This document shows, piece by piece, positions 38,130-45,971 of a DNA stretch of 64,000 bases. The stretch lies in the NCBI RefSeq assembly GCF_050320075.1, contig NZ_CP190021.1, one strand, 5' to 3'. Source of the DNA: Escherichia coli (lineage in GTDB: Bacteria; Pseudomonadota; Gammaproteobacteria; Enterobacterales; Enterobacteriaceae). The notes beneath the pieces were generated by a model, which was given only the letters and a program-made list of their open reading frames with translations, was not told where the DNA came from and ran no database searches. The position numbers and the translations under genes are program-made. The first letter of the stretch is position 1; the number at the start of each line of letters is the position of its first letter.

Positions 38130-38159
38130 AAAAAAACCACCGCCGGAAGCCGGGGGTGG
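38130..38159 (-). terminator. intrinsic terminator between nuc and sog
   Basis: Minus sense reads CCACCCCCG-gctt-CCGGCGGTGG (imperfect) followed by T7. It lies about 25 nt before the sog RBS. Confidence 0.65.
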
Positions 38160-38193
38160 CTGGGGGGATAGAAAATCGGGGGAGAAATGTTTG

Positions 38194-38745
38194 TCAGGGT
38201 TTCCAGTCTGTACCCTTATTCCAGCGATCCTGCCAGTGTTCAAGATATTGTGCGGCTACATCCGGCATATTCTTGAGCACAACGACATTCTCTGAATTCT
38301 TGCGTGCAGCAGCACGAGAGAAGTTATAGGAGCCAGTTTCAACCGTGTTTCCGTCAACAATGATGACTTTGTCGTGATGGATGGGGAAGGCATCTACAGT
38401 CCGGAGAGGAATGTCCAGCAGGTTGATATATTTCATCGCTTCCTGACTTGCCCGGTTCGTATTCCCCTTGTCATCAACAACAATACGGACGTCCACTCCG
38501 CGTTTTTTCGCTTTTGCCAGCGCATGCATTACATCCGGGTCGGTGAAGGAATATGCCATCATCCTGATGGAGCTTTCCGCACTGTTGATTGTGTCAAGCA
38601 CCAGAGCGGATGCGCTTCCTTCAGGAGAAAAGCCGACCTTCACGGATGGCGTGTCGATCATTGCAAACGATGGTGTCGTGAACAGTAACGGGCATGCCAG
38701 TAGCGATACCCGGAGCAGAGTAACGATAGTTTTTTTACCTGACAT
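38194..38745 (-). CDS. nuc: Nuc, periplasmic PLD-family endonuclease
   Basis: 183 aa from MSGKKTIVTLL (signal peptide), with GGAG upstream. The HKD motif is PIHHDKVIIVDGNTVETGSYNFS. The 303-aa track ORF is an upstream run-on. Confidence 0.9.
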   Translation of the reverse strand: MSGKKTIVTLLRVSLLACPLLFTTPSFAMIDTPSVKVGFSPEGSASALVLDTINSAESSIRMMAYSFTDPDVMHALAKAKKRGVDVRIVVDDKGNTNRASQEAMKYINLLDIPLRTVDAFPIHHDKVIIVDGNTVETGSYNFSRAAARKNSENVVVLKNMPDVAAQYLEHWQDRWNKGTDWKP

Positions 38746-38759
38746 AAAGACTCCAGAAT

Positions 38760-39050
38760 TTAATCGAGGCCAGTCCAGTCTCGTGGTGATTCCGTATGGT
38801 GGCGATACCACCATGGACGACCGGAGGCGATGGCCCCTCTCAGAATGCTGAAAATGCGTGTACAGATAGTCCTGACAGTCCAGCCTGAACGGTCGAGAAT
38901 AACGAAAAATAAAATGATGCCGGTGCAAATCCAGAAGGTTGTTTTGGAGGGAAAGGGGCATATAAACAGATAAATCATGGTGAACGGCAGAGGTACGCCC
39001 TGGATGTTGACTGGCGGTGTTGCATATCGCCAGAAACCTTCTCTTTTCAT
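38760..39050 (-). CDS. traK: TraK (IcmT-like small membrane protein)
   Basis: 96 aa, overlapping the traJ stop. Hydrophobic core is LPFTMIYLFICPFPSKTTFWICTGIILFFVIL. Confidence 0.75.
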   Translation of the reverse strand: MKREGFWRYATPPVNIQGVPLPFTMIYLFICPFPSKTTFWICTGIILFFVILDRSGWTVRTICTRIFSILRGAIASGRPWWYRHHTESPRDWTGLD

Positions 39051-40195
39051 GACCGTAACTCCCCTGGCGGGATAAAAAGAATCGCTTCTCTTCGGTCAAC
39101 TTCATTCCGGATATACATTTCCAGAATCTGGTCCCGGATACGGCGCTTCTCCTGCCGGATTATGGCATCAATGTGATGCCCCCACTCTGCATGCGGCATT
39201 CCGGAAAGATTGTCGCGAAGCTCATCGTTAATGACGATATATTCCCGGACGGCTTTACGACCACCGTCATTTGTTCTGACCAGAACCTGAACCAGAATGA
39301 ACTGCAACAGTGACAGGACAGCCCAGGCCATCGAATCCCTGATGACAGGGGGAAACAGCCCAAGAAGACGTGCCAGCGTTTCACCAGGAGATTTCGTATG
39401 CATGGTGCTCAGGCAGTAATGCCCGGTGTTGCCTGCCTGTACCGCTGCGTCGGCGGTTTCGTTATCCCTGATCTCACCAACACCGATAATTTCGGGATTA
39501 CGTCGTACAGCAGAACGCAGTCCGGCAGCAAAACTGACCACATCACGCCCGATTTCTGCCTGATGCGGTGGGAGCAGATCGTTTTCATTTCCCAGGATAT
39601 ATTCCACCGGGTCTTCATATGTCACGATTTTGGCGTCGGGGAAATTGTCCATAATGTAACGGTACAGTGCTGAACACAGCGTTGATTTTCCTGACCCGGT
39701 TTCACCACATACAAATCCCAGACCGCTTTTGCAGACCATTGCTTCAAGCAGGTCTGGTTCAATGTTCATGGAGAGAATGTCCGGTATTTCTGTCGGGATG
39801 ACACGCATGGTTATTGAGATTGCTTTCTCCTCCGCACCAGATGTGCCCTGAATGAGGTGAGAGCGTAACCGGATGCGTTCTCCGCGTTTAAGACCATAGC
39901 GCCCGGATGCATCCCCGTTAATCTGTATCGTCCTGTCAACCGGATTGCCTGCCAGAACGCGGGGAATGACTTCCCGACCGAACAGTTCATCAATCAGGGA
40001 GGACATGAGTGTGGTTGGTAACGTTGCACTGGAACAACGCACCCGTCGGCCAAAGCGACTGACAGATACAGGTGACCCGCCGGTCAGATCCACATCACTG
40101 ACTTTATGTGCGGCACACCAGACAAAGAAATGCCGTAGTTCATCTGCAGTGAAACGCTGAAACGGAAAAAGACCAAACTCATCAGGAATATTCAT
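39047..40195 (-). CDS. traJ: TraJ (DotB-like PilT-family hexameric ATPase)
   Basis: 382 aa with Walker A motif GETGSGKST. Confidence 0.9.
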   Translation of the reverse strand: MNIPDEFGLFPFQRFTADELRHFFVWCAAHKVSDVDLTGGSPVSVSRFGRRVRCSSATLPTTLMSSLIDELFGREVIPRVLAGNPVDRTIQINGDASGRYGLKRGERIRLRSHLIQGTSGAEEKAISITMRVIPTEIPDILSMNIEPDLLEAMVCKSGLGFVCGETGSGKSTLCSALYRYIMDNFPDAKIVTYEDPVEYILGNENDLLPPHQAEIGRDVVSFAAGLRSAVRRNPEIIGVGEIRDNETADAAVQAGNTGHYCLSTMHTKSPGETLARLLGLFPPVIRDSMAWAVLSLLQFILVQVLVRTNDGGRKAVREYIVINDELRDNLSGMPHAEWGHHIDAIIRQEKRRIRDQILEMYIRNEVDRREAILFIPPGELRS

Positions 40196-41010
40196 CGGGA
40201 GCCTCCTTCAGTGCCTATAAGCGGACGCCAGTGAGATTTCTGAAGATTGAATTCCGCATGATTTTTAAGGCGACGAACACGATCTCCAGTGACCAGTTTT
40301 TTCCCGTCACCTGTAACGGTTTGCATTTGATCAGAAACATCCGGACGGGTGATCATGCCCTGACGCCAGAGAAGTGAGTACAGCATCATGCCCCGGTAAT
40401 CACGGGTGAGGGTTTTCTGGTTGGCTTCAAGCGTCAGGTCGGCGTTTTGTCTTCCTTCCTGCCATCCCTGCCGTAATGCGGTTTCCCACACTTTTCGTTG
40501 CACGCTGTCTTCTGGAACGACGCTGCCTTCTGTACCCGGAGTGGCTGTTGTTGAAAGCCCCCGGAGAAGCCAGTCACGCCAGCCCGGTGGATTGCTGACA
40601 AAGCGTTCAGGGCGAATGATGGTCCAGACCCGGGAAGAGGTCCGGATTTGATCTGGCGTGATATGAGCTACGTCCTGTGCTTCATCAATAACCGGTGGTA
40701 GCCAGCCTTCCGGGCTAATCAGTGGCCGGAAATCGTATAAGGCATTAAGTGTGCTTTCCCGGGCGTTGAGCGCCTGAATCAGCTCCCATGAACGCTGAGC
40801 CTTGCCACCACGAAATCCAAGCGTTTTACCTGCGTCTGTCAGCATTTTCCAGCGTGTTTCTGACAGACTATCCGGCTTTTCACTTCGTGGTTTAAGCCAT
40901 GCATTAATGTCAGGTGGTGGCGTATTGACACCACCTGGCGAGATGGTAGGGGAAGAAGAACAACCAGTAAGCAGTATTACTGGCAAAAGGAGAGAGGTGA
41001 GTGCTTTCAT
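40192..41010 (-). CDS. traI: TraI lipoprotein (DotC-like)
   Basis: 272 aa with lipobox LLTGC. Confidence 0.85.
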   Translation of the reverse strand: MKALTSLLLPVILLTGCSSSPTISPGGVNTPPPDINAWLKPRSEKPDSLSETRWKMLTDAGKTLGFRGGKAQRSWELIQALNARESTLNALYDFRPLISPEGWLPPVIDEAQDVAHITPDQIRTSSRVWTIIRPERFVSNPPGWRDWLLRGLSTTATPGTEGSVVPEDSVQRKVWETALRQGWQEGRQNADLTLEANQKTLTRDYRGMMLYSLLWRQGMITRPDVSDQMQTVTGDGKKLVTGDRVRRLKNHAEFNLQKSHWRPLIGTEGGSR

Positions 41011-41465
41011 TTTTTCCGGTTCTCCGGCTGCATGAAGCTGACCTGTAACAAGCCCGGATATTGATGGATTGTTGCTCTCCAGGCTGTCTGGGCTTCAATA
41101 AGTCTCAACGTATTGGAAAACGTCATATCCCGGACGTGAAGGTTGACTGGTAACGGCAGGCGGACACCATTGTAGTTAAACTGCATCCCCCTGACTCTGG
41201 CCAGTTCGTTCAGTAATTCAATTGCATCACCTTCCCAGTCAAAGGAAAGGCGATCGCTGTTAGCTGTCAGAAGATGAGACCCCGTTGAAACCGGAAGTTG
41301 GCCGGAAAATACACCTTTGTCCCATAATGTGTACTGAGTGTGCCGGGTAACCGCCACATCAGAGGCAGCACCGTAGTTACGCGGAACAGGAGTATGCTGA
41401 GAAGGGGAGTTGCAGCCAGCCAGAAAAAGGGCGGCAAGACACCCCGCAGGTATAATACGGTTCAT
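41007..41465 (-). CDS. traH: TraH lipoprotein (DotD-like)
   Basis: 152 aa with lipobox FLAGC. Confidence 0.85.
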   Translation of the reverse strand: MNRIIPAGCLAALFLAGCNSPSQHTPVPRNYGAASDVAVTRHTQYTLWDKGVFSGQLPVSTGSHLLTANSDRLSFDWEGDAIELLNELARVRGMQFNYNGVRLPLPVNLHVRDMTFSNTLRLIEAQTAWRATIHQYPGLLQVSFMQPENRKK

Positions 41466-41674
41466 AATAATTCCTGAGCAGTTAAATCAGAATGGGATAT
41501 ACCGGTGCTCCGGTACAGACAGGATGATGTTTGTTTCCGGCTATACTTGCGTTACCGGAAATAAATGCCAGTGTGGCCAGGTAAATAGCCTCATAGTTTA
41601 CTGAAGGTGATTATTCCTGATACTGGCTGGTTGATGTGTCGTCAGACATAAAACGAATATGAGCGTAATCTTTA

Positions 41675-41820
41675 ACGCTCCGCGCCGAATCGATCCATGA
41701 TGGATGACTCGACGATTTATGAATCGAACGTACCGGCGCTTGTCCCTGAAACAGTTCCCGGCCCTCGTCCGGATAACCTGCAATTCAGACAGGCACATGT
41801 GCCCGTACACTCTTGTATCT
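41675..41820 (-). promoter_or_regulatory. conserved structured leader element, copy 1 (traG-traH gap), ending in an ops-like motif
   Basis: Homologous to 62171-62313 and 63233-63379. Minus sense ends ...CATCATGGATCGATTCGGCGCGGAGCGTTAA. Confidence 0.7.
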
Positions 41821-41859
41821 TACTGAGTATATCAGAATTTATGTAAATTCAAATATCCT

Positions 41860-42444
41860 CTATGCCTCTTTGTTGTATTTTCCGTCAAGTATGAGCCGGG
41901 TACCATCGTAATGCATGATCAGGGCATCAAGGTACGCCGGTTTGAATTTCTTGCCGAGCCTATCTCTGGCCAGAAATGATAAACAATGATTATGTGTCAT
42001 TATTACTATGTTCCTTTTATGAGATTCTCTTGCGATTGATTCAAGCGTCTTATAAAGATCATTATTGCAGTCTGATAAACTGTCCATAACGACGGGTTCT
42101 TTACCGGAGAAGAATTTTGCAGTTTGTATGGTTCTTACCGCATTGCTGGAGTAAATATCATATTCACTGAAGATTGTTGCGAACTTAATACCTTCCTGCT
42201 GTGCTTTCTCTGTACCGGTAATAGTGATTCCGCTTTTATCCGAATAGCATGGCATATCTGAACGGTCGCAACGTTCTCCATGGCGGAAAAGGAAAATAAC
42301 GGTGTTATCAGCATTAATTTCTTTTGCCTGTTCCAGGGTGATATCGGGAAGCGAGCTTTTTGCTTTTGTCACTGCCGCTACCAGGAAAACAGAAAATAAA
42401 AGAATGAATGCTGTTTTTGAATAAGAAGAACGTGGTTTCATCAT
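41860..42444 (-). CDS. traG: periplasmic histidine-phosphatase, Ais/PmrG-like (gene position of traG)
   Basis: 194 aa with a signal peptide. Catalytic motifs are FLFRHGERCDR and IVIMTHNHC. Near-colinear with E. coli Ais (LPS core heptose(II)-phosphate phosphatase) as I recall it (..YSSN.VRTIQ.A..FS.. , FKP.YLD.L.MH). Confidence 0.75.
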   Translation of the reverse strand: MMKPRSSYSKTAFILLFSVFLVAAVTKAKSSLPDITLEQAKEINADNTVIFLFRHGERCDRSDMPCYSDKSGITITGTEKAQQEGIKFATIFSEYDIYSSNAVRTIQTAKFFSGKEPVVMDSLSDCNNDLYKTLESIARESHKRNIVIMTHNHCLSFLARDRLGKKFKPAYLDALIMHYDGTRLILDGKYNKEA

Positions 42445-42503
42445 GTTATTTAAACTGAATATAAAAATACCCCCGGGTTTAGTGCCGGGGGCGGGGACAG
42501 TAA

Positions 42504-43706
42504 TCAGAAAGTGAACTGAAGTTGTGCCATTGCACCGTAATCGTGGTCAGTTCCTACCAGGCCGGAAACATCGATATGTACGACGTCAAATGGAGAGATA
42601 CCAACGCCAGCGGTGAAGGCGCTTCCGGAGTTTGATGCCATGTTCTGACGATAACCGGCACGCAATTGCGCCCATTTCCATGCGTTAAATTCAGCACCAA
42701 CACTTGCAAACTGACGTTTGCTGTCAGAAGTGAAGCCACTGGCAGGAGTCAGATCAATGTCAAGAGCAGTGGTAAACAGGTCATTATGCCAGGATACACC
42801 GGCGGTTGCCTGCGGACGAACTTTGAAGGTTTCTTTAAAGCCATTGACGACTTTAGTATCAATACTGCGTGGAATGATGTTCTGGGCAACAAGACCGACA
42901 GTCCAGTTGTCATTCAGGTCTGTATAAGCACCAATATCGGCGTTGAATCCGTTTTTCGTGTTGTGGTACTTGTCACCGTCAAAATCGTCTTTGTCGTAAT
43001 CACGAACCGTTACGTTGTAGTTAAACAGGTCCACACGCTGATATTTTGGTGTGACGCCAAGAGACCATTTTTGTCCGGCCGTTTCCAGTTCTTTGGCAAA
43101 TGAAATTCCGACGTCGGTAATTACAGCTGCACGCCCGAATGCGCGTGAGGTCAGGGCATTCTTATCGACGTCGGTAATTGTTCCATTGGCAACTTTGTCC
43201 AGATAATCCAGGTCTGCATCGTTTACTTTTCCGTTTACGCTGACAGTTCCGTAAGACTTGACCATAAGGGCAAACGGCAGAGTGTCATTTGCCATGGCTG
43301 CTACAGCTGATACACCTACCTGAGCATCTGCATTGATATTGCGGAATTCCTGCAGACGATGTTTAAGATTTGCCGCTGCCTGTTGTACGCCATGCTGGTT
43401 ATCTACAGCACTGTCAAACAAATCCCAGTCATCTTTAACATCATCAGCTTTATTTGATACATCATCAGGATCAGCAACTTGTGCCCCAACAGACGGCAGA
43501 AGAAGGCTGAAATCATCATTGCTGTTGTGCTTTGTCAGTAAAGCCGGGTTTGCCAGAGGTGCCACACCATAATGGGAAGATGCTACCCCGGTACCACCCA
43601 TTGCATCGTTACGCGCTTCAAAATATGACGTCGCTGCTGCAGCGTTAAAGGAAAATAATACAGCAGATGCAATGATGGTGCGGGTAATATGATTTTTCTT
43701 CATCAT
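42504..43706 (-). CDS. traF: outer-membrane beta-barrel protein (gene position of traF)
   Basis: 400 aa with a signal peptide ending AAAATS. Alternating beta-strand pattern and a C-terminal ...AQLQFTF aromatic terminus typical of OMPs. Confidence 0.75.
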   Translation of the reverse strand: MMKKNHITRTIIASAVLFSFNAAAATSYFEARNDAMGGTGVASSHYGVAPLANPALLTKHNSNDDFSLLLPSVGAQVADPDDVSNKADDVKDDWDLFDSAVDNQHGVQQAAANLKHRLQEFRNINADAQVGVSAVAAMANDTLPFALMVKSYGTVSVNGKVNDADLDYLDKVANGTITDVDKNALTSRAFGRAAVITDVGISFAKELETAGQKWSLGVTPKYQRVDLFNYNVTVRDYDKDDFDGDKYHNTKNGFNADIGAYTDLNDNWTVGLVAQNIIPRSIDTKVVNGFKETFKVRPQATAGVSWHNDLFTTALDIDLTPASGFTSDSKRQFASVGAEFNAWKWAQLRAGYRQNMASNSGSAFTAGVGISPFDVVHIDVSGLVGTDHDYGAMAQLQFTF

Positions 43707-43790
43707 TTAATTTCCTGTTTATCAGAATTTAGACAAAACAACGCTATGACACGGATGTGCCGTAATTTTTACTTTGGTACTATCTGGTAT

Positions 43791-44615
43791 TTACCAGGGT
43801 AATAAAGACGTATTAAATAAGCTAACAGGTAGTATTTGCCCTGTAATAAGGTTCCCGGCAAGGCCAGGTCTCAACGTGACGCGTCGCAAAGACATTGTTG
43901 TATTCTGCCTGGTTGTATATTCAGTTAACCATTTTCTTTTTTCATCGTTCAGAAGTGTTGGTGATAATGATAGTGCCGGATATATTACAGAGCCATTTAT
44001 TTCTTTTTTCTGTCTCAATATTACCCCGCAATATTCTCTTTTCGTATTTCCTGCGAAGGGGAAACTATGCCAGAAAATAACTTCAGTGTTGCTGCTATCA
44101 CTAATAAGCATTCTGAAATTATCAGCAGTATCTGGCCATTCACCGGACAACGCTATCGGATAGTTTTCATGGCCATTCAGCCAGTCCGGATTGAGATTAA
44201 AACATTCAGCAAGATGTTCGAGAGCGTCAGCTGAAAGATAGTCTGCAAGTCTGGCCGGGTCCTGTATAACCGTGGAGCGGATATTCCATGGCGACAGCAA
44301 TGTTGCCAGTAATGGCGCATTTATATCATGCGACAGCATGATGTATTCAATTCTGCTTATTATGTTTCCTGTGGTGTTATCCGCAGGCATAAACATATTA
44401 TGAAGAGCATCCTCAAGCAGGATTCGGGTTAAATCAGCGGTGGATATGGCTAATTGTTCGCTCATTATCCCCAGAACTTCTCTTACCCCTTGGGGGTAAC
44501 GGACCTGCAGAGGTGTCGGGTTTATCTGACGACCGTTGATGAGTTTTTCGCCGATTGCTTTTTTGTCCAGCGAGAGCATCATTCGGGCCGCAATACCGGT
44601 CGTATTCAGTCTCAT
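43791..44615 (-). CDS. traE: TraE (function unknown)
   Basis: 274 aa. First gene after rci in R64 order. Confidence 0.7.
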   Translation of the reverse strand: MRLNTTGIAARMMLSLDKKAIGEKLINGRQINPTPLQVRYPQGVREVLGIMSEQLAISTADLTRILLEDALHNMFMPADNTTGNIISRIEYIMLSHDINAPLLATLLSPWNIRSTVIQDPARLADYLSADALEHLAECFNLNPDWLNGHENYPIALSGEWPDTADNFRMLISDSSNTEVIFWHSFPFAGNTKREYCGVILRQKKEINGSVIYPALSLSPTLLNDEKRKWLTEYTTRQNTTMSLRRVTLRPGLAGNLITGQILPVSLFNTSLLPW

Positions 44616-44765
44616 TGTTCCTCCGACTGAAAAAGTCTTTTCAGCTCATGTGGTTATTGTATCTTCGGTGTTTTTTCTGGTGAAACGAATAATTTCGATC
44701 ATGCAGATCGAATGTGTTTGGCGAGTTGTTGCAACTCGCCTTTCTGTATGTGTTTTGAATGATGT

Positions 44766-45920
44766 TTACAGCGGGGTGCTGCCCGGGTTCAGAGGGCAAA
44801 TCATAATGTAGTCAGGGTCGTTAACAGGTAACGCTCCGGGAGATGGGACACGTTCGCCTTTCTGTGCTGCAATGGCCAGTGTACGCAACAAAACCTCACT
44901 GGCGCGGTGAACTGCTTCCTCTTTCGTTGTGGCAGTGACGTGAAGGTTATCAAAATCACCGATCTCAATACGATGCGCTTTCTGCCCATTTTCTTCATCG
45001 ATGGTCGTGATATGGGCAGGATACGGCACAAACCATGCTGCTACTTTTTGTGTCTGCCGCCGGCGGGCATCAAGCTTACTGACCAGTTGCCATGCACGAA
45101 GATGAGTATACCGTTTCAGCATATTCATGGAACGATGTCCTGATATTGCAGCAATCTCCATTACATTCAGGCTACCCAGTTCGAAGAAGCGGCTTATTGC
45201 TTCATGCCGTAGATCGTGAAAATGCAGGTCCTCGATGCGAAGTCGTTGTGTGGCTATTCTCCAGGCATTTTTAAAGCCGGATGCGGTGTAATCAAAAACA
45301 TTGCCGTGGAGATTAACGGGCATCATCTGAAGAAAGTTACGGGCACGTCTGGACAGAGGAACATCCCGTGAGTGACCGTTTTTGGTTTCAGGTAAATGAG
45401 CCACACCGTGGCGCAAATCAATGTGCTCCCAACGTAAGGCCAGTATTTCGCCCTGCCGCATGGCTGTCTCAAGGGCAAGATGGAAAATGACATACAACAT
45501 CAGATTTTTTTCGCGGAAATAGCGAGAAAGGCGACGTTCTTCTGAAGACGTTAGCCGGCGATCTCGTCCCGAGGATACTTTCGGCTTGCGAACCAGTTCA
45601 ACCGGGTTAGTACGACAGGTTCCCCATTCAACACGAGCAATATTGAACAGAGATGACAGAAGGGCGAGTTCAAGACGTACAGTATTACCTGTAATGGGTT
45701 TACCCGTTCGGGGGTTGATTTCTGCTAAACGAACGTCTCTGTATGTAGCAATATCAACGGTTGTTATTTCGTCCATATTCCGAAGGGCAATGGGATATCG
45801 CTTGATAACATTGCTCCGGTAAAACTCCTGTTGATGCCCTTTCTTGTGAACAGAAACTGTTTTCAGGTACTTATCCAGTGCGCGTGACAGGGACATTTTA
45901 CGGATGCGTGGAGACGGCAT
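44766..45920 (-). CDS. rci: Rci shufflon-specific tyrosine recombinase
   Basis: Start at [19 protein letters not shown] gives 384 aa, equal to R64 Rci. Tyrosine-recombinase motifs are [10 protein letters not shown] and LKRYTHL. Confidence 0.93.
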   Translation of the reverse strand: MPSPRIRKMSLSRALDKYLKTVSVHKKGHQQEFYRSNVIKRYPIALRNMDEITTVDIATYRDVRLAEINPRTGKPITGNTVRLELALLSSLFNIARVEWGTCRTNPVELVRKPKVSSGRDRRLTSSEERRLSRYFREKNLMLYVIFHLALETAMRQGEILALRWEHIDLRHGVAHLPETKNGHSRDVPLSRRARNFLQMMPVNLHGNVFDYTASGFKNAWRIATQRLRIEDLHFHDLRHEAISRFFELGSLNVMEIAAISGHRSMNMLKRYTHLRAWQLVSKLDARRRQTQKVAAWFVPYPAHITTIDEENGQKAHRIEIGDFDNLHVTATTKEEAVHRASEVLLRTLAIAAQKGERVPSPGALPVNDPDYIMICPLNPGSTPL

Positions 45921-45971
45921 GCTAACCTCAAAAGAGGCAAAAAATAATGCCAACAATCATTCTCTGCAAGC

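Noticed and set aside
34337-38140. Numerous 60-170-aa ORFs antisense to or out of frame within sog (for example 36255-36584, 36376-36735, 37634-38119)
   Set aside because: They are embedded in a 1255-codon gene with clear coding character, and the low-complexity acidic region keeps other frames open by chance.
38194-39105. 303-aa ORF reported by the track
   Set aside because: Only the last 183 codons (from MSGKKTIV, with RBS and signal peptide) are Nuc. The upstream 120 codons overlap traK, which is in another frame and has the membrane-protein character.
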